Source of the DNA: an uncultured Flavobacteriales bacterium | GTDB taxonomy: Bacteria; Bacteroidota; Bacteroidia; Flavobacteriales_F; PHOS-HE28 | DNA length: 53,292 nt | NCBI GenBank assembly: GCA_937873385.1 | Contig: CALMYC010000148.1 | Coordinates: 1-53,292, forward strand | Direction of reading: 5' to 3' | Shown: in pieces, positions 10,448 through 19,486 of the stretch | Layout: each line of letters starts with the position of its first letter | Position numbering within the stretch: position 1 is the stretch's first letter | Program-made: the position numbers and the translations under genes | Notes under the pieces: model-generated | The model's database searches: none | Seen by the model: the letters and a program-made list of their open reading frames with translations, nothing else | Told to the model about the DNA's origin: nothing

Positions 10448-11716
10448 ATGAAACGCGTCCTCATCATCACCTACTACTGGCCGCCCAATGGGGGGGCGGG
10501 CGTATACCGCTGGCTGAAGCTGAGCAAGCTGTTGCCCGGGCATGGCTGGCAACCGGTGATCTTCACGCCGGAAAATCCCGAACTGGTGGCGGACGATCCG
10601 GGATTGTTGAAGGATGTGCGCAGCGATATCGAAGTGGTGAAGCGGCCCATCACCGAGCCTTTCAACCTGTACAAACGCTTCACTGGCCGAAGCACGAAGG
10701 AAAGGGTTCAAGTGGGCTTTTTGAACGAGAAGAAGCAGGGCGGTTGGAAAGAGGATTTCGCGCTGTGGGTGCGCAGCAACTTCTTCATTCCCGACGCCCG
10801 CGTCTGGTGGGTGCGCCCCTCGGTGAAGTTCCTGAAGGACTATCTGAAGCAGAACCCGGTGGATGCGATCATCACCACCGGTCCGCCGCACAGCATGCAC
10901 ATGATCGGCCTTGGGCTGAAACGGGCCTTGGGCGTAAAGTGGATCGCTGACTTCCGCGATCCGTGGACTGATATTGACTTCTATGCGCAACTGAAGTTGA
11001 CCGGCAGGGCGGATGCAAAGCACAAGCGATTGGAAGGGGAGGTGCTGCGCGAGGCGGACCTGGTGCTCTGTGTAAGCTGGCACTGGGCGGATGACTTGAA
11101 GAAGCTTGGTGCCAAGCGGGTTGAGGTGATCACCAACGGCTATGATCCCGATGACCTGCCCACACCGCCGGAACCCGTGGATGAGGGCTATAGCCTGGTG
11201 CACATCGGCTCGCTTTCCCCGTCGCGCAACGCGCCGGAATTGTGGAAGGCACTGAAGAAGCTCTGCGATGAAGACCCGGCTTTCGCGGCCCGGTTCAAGC
11301 TCCGGTTCGTAGGTCCCGTGGACCACACCATTGCCGAAAACGTTGCGGAAGCCGGGCTCGGCGCGCACCTGGAACGAACCGGCCGCATAACGCACAAGGA
11401 AGCCATGCGCCACATGCAAGGCGCACGGGTGTTGCTTTTGCTTGTGAACGACACGCCGAACCTGATGGGCATACTGCCGGGTAAACTCTTTGAATACGTC
11501 AGCACCGGAAGGCCGGTCCTTGGGGTGGGCCCGGTGGAAGGCGATGTTTCACGCGTGCTGGACCAAGCACCCCACGCGGTGATCGACCGCCCCGGCCTGA
11601 TGGAGCAGCGGGAGCGGATCAAGGCGATGTTCACCGCGCCCCCGGCGGAGCCCGATCCGCGGTGGTCGCGTGCGGCCACGTGCAGGCAGGTGGTGGAAGC
11701 ATTGGACAAACTTTGA
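10448..11716 (+). CDS. Glycosyltransferase family 4 (GT-B)
   Basis: Start at ATG 10448 (MKRVLIITYYWPPNGGAGVYRW). C-terminal half has GKLFEYVSTGRPVLG (E-x7-E region). Confidence 0.8.
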   Translation: MKRVLIITYYWPPNGGAGVYRWLKLSKLLPGHGWQPVIFTPENPELVADDPGLLKDVRSDIEVVKRPITEPFNLYKRFTGRSTKERVQVGFLNEKKQGGWKEDFALWVRSNFFIPDARVWWVRPSVKFLKDYLKQNPVDAIITTGPPHSMHMIGLGLKRALGVKWIADFRDPWTDIDFYAQLKLTGRADAKHKRLEGEVLREADLVLCVSWHWADDLKKLGAKRVEVITNGYDPDDLPTPPEPVDEGYSLVHIGSLSPSRNAPELWKALKKLCDEDPAFAARFKLRFVGPVDHTIAENVAEAGLGAHLERTGRITHKEAMRHMQGARVLLLLVNDTPNLMGILPGKLFEYVSTGRPVLGVGPVEGDVSRVLDQAPHAVIDRPGLMEQRERIKAMFTAPPAEPDPRWSRAATCRQVVEALDKL

Positions 11717-11744
11717 CGGGGGCATTGCGCATCTTGCGGACCCA

Positions 11745-13244
11745 ATGGGCATCGTAGCACGCCAAGCCACCTGGAACACATTGCTCACATTGGTGGGCAT
11801 GGGCCTGGGCTTCGTCAACATGGCGCTGCTCTTTCCCCGGCTGCTCACCCCGGATGAGTTCGGCCTTACACGCCTGTTGGTGAGCATAGCCGTTGTAGGG
11901 GCACAAGTGGCGCACCTCGGCGGCGAGGCCACTGTGATCCGCTACTTCCCCTACTTCCGTGACAAGGCCAACAGCCACCGCGGACTCTTCGGATTGATCT
12001 TGGGCGTGGCTACGTTGGGCGCCTTCATCGCCGTGCTGGTGCTGGCACTCTTCCATGGCCGCTTTGTGCAGTGGTTCAGTGACAGCAGTGGCCTCTATGC
12101 GCGCTTCGGCCTGTTCGTGCTGCCATTGGTGGTCGCGGAGGTGTACCTGTTGGTGCTGCGGGGATTCAGCCGGGCCGTTCACCGCAGCATCGCCCCCGTG
12201 TTTGCCCGCGAATTCCTGCTGCGCTTGCTGCAAACCCTGCTCATTGCCGCGTATGGCATGTGGAGCATGTCCTTCACGGTCTTCCTGGTCCTGTACGTGG
12301 GCACCTTCGTCCTTACCACGGCCATCCTGCTGTTCGACCTGTGGCGGGCCGGGGAATTCCGCTTGGGCCTGGGCCGCATGCGCGTGGGCAGGCGCATGCG
12401 GAAGAGCATGGCGCGCTACAGCCTCTTCACCTTTGGCAGCGGGCTGGCGAGCATCGCAGTGGGCAACATCGACCAAGTGATGGTGGGCGCGATGCTGCAT
12501 GACGGGCTTTCCTACGTGGCCTATTACGCCGTCGCGATGTTCCTGGCCAGCGTGATCATGATCCCGGCCCGTGCGCTGATGCAACCCGTGATCCCCCTTT
12601 TGGCGGAGGCTTGGAGGAAGCGGGACCACGGCAAGATCCAGATGCTATACCACCGCACGGCCAGCATCCAGCTGGTGGTGGCCGCCTTCATCCTGCTTTG
12701 CCTCTGGATCAACCTGGATGCGCTGTTCAGCTTCCTGAAACCGGAATACGCCATCGGCAAGCCGGTGCTGTTGATCCTGGGCATCACCAATGTGCTGAAC
12801 TTGTCCACCGGCCTGAGCGGCGGCATCGTTAGCACCTCGCGCAGCTACTGGTTCGATGCGGTGAGCGGCTTTGTCCTCCTTGCCTTGAACGTGGTCCTGG
12901 ATTTCCTGTTCCTGCGCTGGTTCGGGCTGGTGGGCGTGGCCTGGAGCACCCTGGTCACCGTGGTGGTGGTCACGGGATGGCGGTTGCTGTTCCTCCAAAA
13001 ACGGTTCGGACTGTGGCCTTACGACAGGAAGAGCGTGCTCGCCTTTGCGGTGGGTGCGGCCATGGTGGCGGCGTTCAGCGTGGTGCCGCACGTCGGCGCA
13101 CCAGGGCTGGACCTGCTGTGGCGCTCTGCGCTCCTCACAGGCATCTACTGGCCGGTGGTGCACGTGCTTCGGATCGCGCCGGAACTGGGTGCGCAGGCCA
13201 GTAAGCTTTACCGCCAATTCAGGCAACTGGCCACCGGTGTGTGA
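11745..13244 (+). CDS. Polysaccharide/oligosaccharide flippase (MOP superfamily, Wzx-like)
   Basis: Start at ATG 11745 (MGIVARQATWNTLLTLVGMGLGFVNMALLFPRLLTPDEFG). About 14 hydrophobic segments, in the layout of a typical polysaccharide biosynthesis protein. Confidence 0.7.
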   Translation: MGIVARQATWNTLLTLVGMGLGFVNMALLFPRLLTPDEFGLTRLLVSIAVVGAQVAHLGGEATVIRYFPYFRDKANSHRGLFGLILGVATLGAFIAVLVLALFHGRFVQWFSDSSGLYARFGLFVLPLVVAEVYLLVLRGFSRAVHRSIAPVFAREFLLRLLQTLLIAAYGMWSMSFTVFLVLYVGTFVLTTAILLFDLWRAGEFRLGLGRMRVGRRMRKSMARYSLFTFGSGLASIAVGNIDQVMVGAMLHDGLSYVAYYAVAMFLASVIMIPARALMQPVIPLLAEAWRKRDHGKIQMLYHRTASIQLVVAAFILLCLWINLDALFSFLKPEYAIGKPVLLILGITNVLNLSTGLSGGIVSTSRSYWFDAVSGFVLLALNVVLDFLFLRWFGLVGVAWSTLVTVVVVTGWRLLFLQKRFGLWPYDRKSVLAFAVGAAMVAAFSVVPHVGAPGLDLLWRSALLTGIYWPVVHVLRIAPELGAQASKLYRQFRQLATGV

Positions 13245-14512
13245 TGGACGGACGATCACTGAAAGTGCTGTGGACGAAGGTGCGGAGGGAATCCCGCACG
13301 CGTGGCAGCGCCGGGCTGGACGGATTGCTGTTCGCATTGCACTTTGCCCCTGCGTTGCCCAGTGCCGTGAAAGACCCTGCACCGTTCCTCCTCTACACCT
13401 GCGAAATGCTCCCGGCCCGCGCGGGCCGCATGGCCAAGTGGGTGGCACGCCTTTCCGGCGAGCGCATCGTGCTGCTCTGCCACCGCGACGGCTTCATCCC
13501 CGCCTTTGCGAGCGAAGGCTTCGGACACGTGCTGTTGTACCGCAACGCATGGCACCTGCGCCGGATCCTCAGGGCGCTGCCCAAGCCAAAGCTGGTTCAT
13601 GGCTTCGCCCCCAAAAGCAAATACCCCGACGTGGCCCGCCGCGCACTCCAACCCCGGGGAGTGCCCTACATCCACGATCTGCAGGACACGCTGGTGGTGT
13701 ACTACGGCACCGACGTGAAGCCCCGTTGGCTGCGTGAGGAACTGCCCCACGAACGCGCCTGCATGGCCGAAGCCAATGGCCTCATTGCCCATAGCCTGGA
13801 GCCGAATGAAGGATTCCGCCGCTACGGCATTGCACGCAAGGACCGCCCGCCCACGCTCTTCTTCCCGCTCTACTGCGTCGATGATGCCTTCGTGGACAAC
13901 GTGCCCAAGGTCAGCGATACGGAGATCCATTTGGTCTATGCCGGCGGTGTGGCCGGTTCCCACCGCGATCCGCGGCACTACGGCAACATCCAGTTCTTCG
14001 GGCTCATCGAAACGCTGACCAAGCAGGGCCTGCACTTCCACATCTACCCGAGCCCCACCAACATCCGCGCGGATGTGGAGGAGTACGAGGCACGCTCACG
14101 CACCAACCCGCGATTTCACTTCCATGCCCCGGTGCCGCAGGACAAGCTGGCGGGGGAGTTGGCGCGGTATCATTTTGGCATCCATCTCGGGTTTATAAAT
14201 GATTCTGAGCACAGGCAATCGACAGCCAAATACAAGCTTTGTACGACGCTGAAGATCTTCAACTTTATGGAAGCAGGGTTGCCGGTGCTATCCTCCGACA
14301 ACCTCGATTTTCAGGCTTGGATCGTGACCCGCTATGGCGGCGGGCTCAAACTGAAGCGCGAGGACGTCGGGGGGCTCCTTGAAAAACTTACTGGCATGGA
14401 TCGTTTGAGAATTTCAAGTGCAGTAAGAGCGGGCCGGGCCATTCTATCTTTGAAAGCGAATAGCTCGCGCTTATTGAGGTTCTATGCACGCAATGATCCA
14501 ACGCTACCATGA
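13244..14512 (+). CDS. Hypothetical protein, GT-B-like glycosyltransferase C-terminal half
   Basis: ORF 13241..14512 (GTG 13241 or ATG 13244, overlapping the flippase stop). C-terminal half IHLVYAGGV...FHAPVPQDKL...LKIFNFMEAGLPVL resembles the GT1/GT4 donor-binding domain. N-terminal half not recognised. Confidence 0.45.
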   Translation: MDGRSLKVLWTKVRRESRTRGSAGLDGLLFALHFAPALPSAVKDPAPFLLYTCEMLPARAGRMAKWVARLSGERIVLLCHRDGFIPAFASEGFGHVLLYRNAWHLRRILRALPKPKLVHGFAPKSKYPDVARRALQPRGVPYIHDLQDTLVVYYGTDVKPRWLREELPHERACMAEANGLIAHSLEPNEGFRRYGIARKDRPPTLFFPLYCVDDAFVDNVPKVSDTEIHLVYAGGVAGSHRDPRHYGNIQFFGLIETLTKQGLHFHIYPSPTNIRADVEEYEARSRTNPRFHFHAPVPQDKLAGELARYHFGIHLGFINDSEHRQSTAKYKLCTTLKIFNFMEAGLPVLSSDNLDFQAWIVTRYGGGLKLKREDVGGLLEKLTGMDRLRISSAVRAGRAILSLKANSSRLLRFYARNDPTLP

Positions 14513-15165
14513 AGAAGAAGCTGATCTTGTTCGGGGCCTCGAATTTTGGGGATGAGATCGTGCAACTGTTCCGCGATATTGATGCGGCGAACGGTGGGAA
14601 TGAATGGGAGGTTGCCGGATTTCTGGATGATGACCCAGCACGTGTTGGCATGGTCCGTAACGACGTTCAGGTGCTTGGCACAAGAGATTGGATTGACGCG
14701 CACAGGGTACAAGAGTATTTCTTTGTCTGTGTCATAGGAAATCCAAGGGCGAAAGCAAAAGTGGTTGCCCTGCTGGCGGAGAAAGAGGCGCGTTTCGCGA
14801 CAGGGATCCACCCCTCGGTGATCATGTCTCAAACCACAAGCATTGGCGAAGGAACGGTAGTCACGGCAGGAAACATTCTGACCACCAATATCCAGGTCGG
14901 TTGCCACGTGATCATCAATTTGGCATGTACGGTTGGCCACTTTACCCGTATAGGAGATTACTCCACCATCAATCCCGGAGTGAACATTTCTGGTGATGTA
15001 GTCTTGGAGGAAGGGGTGTTGTTGGGAACGAATGCGACGATCTTGGAGAAGATGACCATTGGCAGGTATTCCGTTATCGGTGCCGGGGCCGTTGTGAATA
15101 GGTCAATTGAACCTCATGTCACTGCCGTGGGATTGCCGGCGAAAGTGATCAAGCGGCACCAATGA
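14509..15165 (+). CDS. Sugar O/N-acetyltransferase, NeuD/PglD family (left-handed beta-helix)
   Basis: 218 aa. N-terminal Rossmann-like KKLILFGASNFGDEI and a C-terminal hexapeptide-repeat region (IGEGTVVTAGNIL...IGDYSTINPGVNISGDVVL...IGAGAVV). ATGA overlap with the upstream gene. Confidence 0.8.
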   Translation: MKKKLILFGASNFGDEIVQLFRDIDAANGGNEWEVAGFLDDDPARVGMVRNDVQVLGTRDWIDAHRVQEYFFVCVIGNPRAKAKVVALLAEKEARFATGIHPSVIMSQTTSIGEGTVVTAGNILTTNIQVGCHVIINLACTVGHFTRIGDYSTINPGVNISGDVVLEEGVLLGTNATILEKMTIGRYSVIGAGAVVNRSIEPHVTAVGLPAKVIKRHQ

Positions 15166-18100
15166 CTAACGCAGTACGGTGACACTTCCAATACGGTCCT
15201 GTGGGAAGCCTGTACAGGCATCAATCCATTTTACGATGTACACGTAAGTGCCATCCGGGACAGGTCTACCCTTGAAGTCCCCTTTCCATGATTTCTCGAC
15301 ATCCTTAGTCTCGTAGATCTCTTGTCCCCACCGATTGAAAATTTCCATGCTGATGAACCCTTCCATAATGACGGGGGAGAAGCCTTCATTGATTCCATCC
15401 TTGTTCGGGGTAAAGACGTTTGGGATGAATGCGGAGCCTATACCCTCGTCGCCGAAATAGTGGACAGTATAGGAGGATGTCAAAAAACAACCTTGGTCAT
15501 TGATCGCTGTAACTGTGAGAGTAGCTCCGTCCACGGGCTCAATCGAGATAGTCTCAGTTGTATCGCCAGTTGACCAAAGCAAATTGTGCAGGTCATTGCC
15601 GGAGTAGGATAGATGGAACGCGGCAAGATCGTTTGAGCAAATATGTTCTGGGCCGATCAATTCAAGCGTTGGGAGCTGTCCAAAGATCAGTTCCTGAGTA
15701 GCGGTGTCCGATCCACATCCATTGTACGCTGAAAGCGTTACATGGAAGGTGTCTGCTGGATTGAAAAATTCGGAAGGTGAGATTGCCATGCTGGTTCCGC
15801 CGTTCCCAAAGTCCCAGAGATAGGCATTTGCACCGATGGAACTATTTGTGAATACGGCACTGCTATCACATGGATTTGATGCCAGGATGAACGATGCAAT
15901 TGGAAGGGGCAATATTTCAATTGATGTGGAATCCACATAACTGCATCCATCATTTCCGATAACAGTGACTGAGACTATGGAATTGGCAAGGAAGCTCAAT
16001 GAAATGCTGGTAGAGTCGATTGCTCCCGTGGACCAGATGATCTGGTTGATTGTGGTTCCTTGAACCAAGGCGCTGTACACTTCCTCCGCATTGGTACAGG
16101 CTGAATCAGGTCCCATTAGCGTCAGTGTTCCTGTCGGACCCAAGGTTAGAAGTTGACTTGCAGTGTCACTTCCACACATGTTGTTCACGACCTGTTCAAT
16201 GGTATACGTGCCATAGTTCGTATAGTGCCCGATAGCCGATGGTGCCGTGCCTGACGCTCCGTTGCCCAGGTTCCATTGCCAGTTCGTGGCACCACTCGAC
16301 CCATCGATAAAGTTCACTACGGAGTCACAAGGCAATGCATTGAAGGAAAAGGCAGCTTGTGGGCTGGGAATGATACTTACAAACAACATATCGGAATATG
16401 AGCAATTACTTGTGTCTGTCGCAATTGCAAACAAGTTAACGCTTATGGGAGTGGCAAAAGTGATATCGGTTGTGGTCTGTCCCGATGACCAGGTGATTCC
16501 TGACAAGGAAGCATTAACAAGCGTGGAAGTGAATGCACCTATTGCATTGGCGCAAAGCGTGTCTGGGCCACTGATGCTGAATGATCCAACCGGCAATAGT
16601 TCGACCGACACAATCGTATCTTGGCTTCCGCACCCATTTGTGGCAGAAAGAGTAATGTTGAATACGCCTGTCGTATCGTAGGTATGCTGGGGCTGGAAGG
16701 CATTGCTGGTTTGACCATCCCCGAAGTTCCATTGATAGCTGCTTGCTGACGTGGAATTGTTGGTAAGGGTAATGGTCATAGAACAAATTTGCGGGCTAAC
16801 GGAAAAGGAAGCTACCGCCGGTGAGCCGTTGGTAACATTGACCGTGTCTGAATAGGTGCAGCAACCGTTGGTCACCTCAACCCAGTATGCCCCGGGTGAT
16901 GTTGCGTTGAATATATTCGAGTTACTACCATCCTGCCATAGAAAAGTGGTGCCCGTACCAAGGGAAGCAGCGGTGAATTGAATTGGCGAACAGGTGGAAG
17001 TATCGTTCCCTAAGACAGGCCCCGGGTCCACACAGTGGTCAGAGATGACTGAGGTTGATGAGGACGTGGAAGGGAAAATGGGAATGCTGTCCACCGCTCC
17101 TGTGGGAAATAGGGGCGCTGTATAGGGAGGAACCAAGGTCGTAGTCACACTCAAATTGTGACTCATGCCGCATGCAACGTTTCCTGAACTGTCCACGCGA
17201 ACCAAGAGGAGGTCTTTGTCAATGGAATTGCCTGTTTGCCCAGTGAAGAGGATATCGTCACCGATTGCAATGGCGTTTCTGCCCACGGAAGCGTATATAT
17301 CCTCTACCGTTGAGGCGGAGCCATATCCCTTTGCCCAAAGCAGGTTGCCTTGATTGGATACCGCGAGTATGAAAAGATCATCTCCACCACCACTACCATA
17401 CCCGGTTATAGCATATCCATATGACATTTTCAATACCTTGTAGCTGAGTTCCGTTGAAAAATTGGTGATTTGATAGTTTTTACCCCATGCAAAAATACCT
17501 GTTGAATCTGTGTGTATTAAACCAATTTCAAAATTATTCGAATAGGCATTGATGTTTCCAAAATAGCAAATTGTAAGGCTGTCATTTTCCAACAAGAGGT
17601 CAATTCCATATACCCTAGCCTCAGCACTTGGATTACCAACGTAATATTTTGTCCAAATATGCTGACCGAATGAATTAAATTTGCTTATATAAGGTCGCAT
17701 TGTTCCAATATTCCCTCCGCCAACATAAATTCTTCCAGTTGTATATATATTTAATGATGCGTCAATTATACCATAATAAGCATCATCAATATATGCGTTA
17801 TTGACATAATTGTACCTAGGCCCGTTCCATAAAATCGATCCATCGGCTGCAGAAATGCCCTGTTGCATTGGGTCTGGGTATGGCGGTCCACTCATGTCAT
17901 AGATGCCCGTGATCAACACATACTCGGAAGCAGATTTTGGAAGAATCCCGTGGCAAAAATTAGGTCTTGTATCATTCGAGCTTTTGATCCATTGCATGTT
18001 CCCGTTCAAATCATATTTGAAATAAGAATAGTGATAAGGCCCCAAGTTTGATTGAAGTGAATTGCTGCATCCAATTAAGAAGTTATCGGGAGTGATAGAT

Positions 18101-18366
18101 AGTTCAGATACAACTTCCACAAGGTTATTCTGTGTTTGATATGTACGCGCCCATATGATGTTTCCTGAAGGGTCTACTTTCATCACCAATGCACTGTCTC
18201 CCCTGTACCCGCCAACAAAATAATTTCCGTCCGGTGATGCCACGACAGATTTTCCACCCTCATTTACAGTTGACGATCCATAGGATTTCATAAAGGTAAC
18301 TTGGGCTGATACTTTACTCAAAAATGAACATCCAATCAGTATGGCGGTAGACAAAGTTCTGTGCAT
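15166..18366 (-). CDS. Large secreted adhesin-like protein: N-terminal beta-propeller-like repeats, alternating Ig-like/PKD modules, and a gliding-motility-associated C-terminal domain (T9SS type-B)
   Basis: 1066 aa with a signal peptide. Repeated motif SGN(I/L)(I/L)WA(R/K). PKD signatures YQWNFGDGQTSN, WQWNLGNGASG and YLWDFGNGGTS. C-terminus IPNVFTPNKDGINEGF...MEIFNRWGQEIY...GTYVYIVKW. Markedly lower GC than the flanks. Confidence 0.85.
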   Translation of the reverse strand: MHRTLSTAILIGCSFLSKVSAQVTFMKSYGSSTVNEGGKSVVASPDGNYFVGGYRGDSALVMKVDPSGNIIWARTYQTQNNLVEVVSELSITPDNFLIGCSNSLQSNLGPYHYSYFKYDLNGNMQWIKSSNDTRPNFCHGILPKSASEYVLITGIYDMSGPPYPDPMQQGISAADGSILWNGPRYNYVNNAYIDDAYYGIIDASLNIYTTGRIYVGGGNIGTMRPYISKFNSFGQHIWTKYYVGNPSAEARVYGIDLLLENDSLTICYFGNINAYSNNFEIGLIHTDSTGIFAWGKNYQITNFSTELSYKVLKMSYGYAITGYGSGGGDDLFILAVSNQGNLLWAKGYGSASTVEDIYASVGRNAIAIGDDILFTGQTGNSIDKDLLLVRVDSSGNVACGMSHNLSVTTTLVPPYTAPLFPTGAVDSIPIFPSTSSSTSVISDHCVDPGPVLGNDTSTCSPIQFTAASLGTGTTFLWQDGSNSNIFNATSPGAYWVEVTNGCCTYSDTVNVTNGSPAVASFSVSPQICSMTITLTNNSTSASSYQWNFGDGQTSNAFQPQHTYDTTGVFNITLSATNGCGSQDTIVSVELLPVGSFSISGPDTLCANAIGAFTSTLVNASLSGITWSSGQTTTDITFATPISVNLFAIATDTSNCSYSDMLFVSIIPSPQAAFSFNALPCDSVVNFIDGSSGATNWQWNLGNGASGTAPSAIGHYTNYGTYTIEQVVNNMCGSDTASQLLTLGPTGTLTLMGPDSACTNAEEVYSALVQGTTINQIIWSTGAIDSTSISLSFLANSIVSVTVIGNDGCSYVDSTSIEILPLPIASFILASNPCDSSAVFTNSSIGANAYLWDFGNGGTSMAISPSEFFNPADTFHVTLSAYNGCGSDTATQELIFGQLPTLELIGPEHICSNDLAAFHLSYSGNDLHNLLWSTGDTTETISIEPVDGATLTVTAINDQGCFLTSSYTVHYFGDEGIGSAFIPNVFTPNKDGINEGFSPVIMEGFISMEIFNRWGQEIYETKDVEKSWKGDFKGRPVPDGTYVYIVKWIDACTGFPQDRIGSVTVLR

Positions 18367-18478
18367 ATACGCTCAGGTTATTAGGCCAACAAAAAGTCCT
18401 AAACAATGGCCAATATAGAGCATCGGCCGGAGTCGACCTGTACATGTGCCTTAACATTGCAGCGATTTTCAACCCTCA

Positions 18479-19486
18479 ATGAATCTCCACAACGACTTGT
18501 CCGCCGGACGGCGGATCTTCATCACCGGCGGGGCCGGCTACGTGGGCTCTGTGTTGGTGCCCAAGCTGCTCGACCAGGGATACAACGTCACTGTGCTGGA
18601 CCTGATGATCTATGGCGCGGATGTGCTGCCGACGCATGAGCGGCTCCATGCCGTGAAGGGCGACATCCGCGACCAAGAGCTGCTGAAGAAGCTGCTTCCC
18701 GGCCAGGATGCCGTCATCCACCTAGCCTGCATCAGCAACGACCCCAGCTTCGAGTTGAACCCCGAACTGGGCAAGAGCATCAACTTGGATGCCTTCGGGC
18801 CGTTGGTGCGCATCAGCAAGGAGAGCGGCGTAAAGCGCTTCATCTACGCCAGCAGCAGCAGCGTGTACGGCATCAAGGAAGAGCCGAACGTCACCGAGGA
18901 CATGGTACTGGAGCCGCTCACTGACTACAGTAAATTCAAAATGCAGTGCGAGGAACTGCTCGCGCCGTTCCAGAGCGACGACTTCACCACGGTGACGATC
19001 CGCCCGGCCACGGTGTGCGGCTACGGCAAGCGCCTTCGGCTGGACCTGAGCGTGAACATCCTCACCAACCTGGCGGTGAACAAGGGCGAGATCACCGTGT
19101 TCGGCGGCAGCCAGAAGCGGCCCAACATCCACATCGCGGACATGACGGACCTCTATGTGAAGCTGCTGGAACTGCCCAAGGAGCAAATCGCCGGCAAGAT
19201 CTGGAACGCGGGGTTTGACAACTTCACCATCAGTGAGATCGCCGGCATGGTGCAACATGTCATCGGCCCGCACGTGAAGATCGTGACCACGCCCACCAAC
19301 GACCTGCGCAGCTACCATGTGAGCAGCGCGAAGATCAAGCGCGACATCGGTTTCGTGGCCACGCACACCCTGGAGGATGCCGTGCCCGACCTGAAGGTGC
19401 AGTTCGACGCGGGCACGATCCCCGACAGCCTCACCGACGACCGCTACTTCAATGTGAAGCGGATGCAGCGCATCCACCTGAACTGA
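18479..19486 (+). CDS. NAD-dependent sugar epimerase/dehydratase (extended SDR)
   Basis: 335 aa. ITGGAGYVGS Rossmann motif, ASSSSVYG, and the YSKFK (YxxxK) catalytic motif. Confidence 0.8.
   Translation: MNLHNDLSAGRRIFITGGAGYVGSVLVPKLLDQGYNVTVLDLMIYGADVLPTHERLHAVKGDIRDQELLKKLLPGQDAVIHLACISNDPSFELNPELGKSINLDAFGPLVRISKESGVKRFIYASSSSVYGIKEEPNVTEDMVLEPLTDYSKFKMQCEELLAPFQSDDFTTVTIRPATVCGYGKRLRLDLSVNILTNLAVNKGEITVFGGSQKRPNIHIADMTDLYVKLLELPKEQIAGKIWNAGFDNFTISEIAGMVQHVIGPHVKIVTTPTNDLRSYHVSSAKIKRDIGFVATHTLEDAVPDLKVQFDAGTIPDSLTDDRYFNVKRMQRIHLN

Noticed and set aside
7925-11419. 1164-aa minus-strand ORF spanning the YfhO and GT4 genes
   Set aside because: It lies antisense to two genes with clear family signatures and crosses their intergenic gap. 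Its composition (rich in H, R, A, G, V, Q) is typical of stop-free antisense frames in high-GC DNA, and it has no recognisable motif.
14160-18478. Low-GC island as a classical mobile element (IS, ICE or prophage)
   Set aside because: No transposase, integrase, tRNA target, terminal inverted repeats or flanking direct repeats could be found by eye. It is kept only as a compositional or recombination anomaly.
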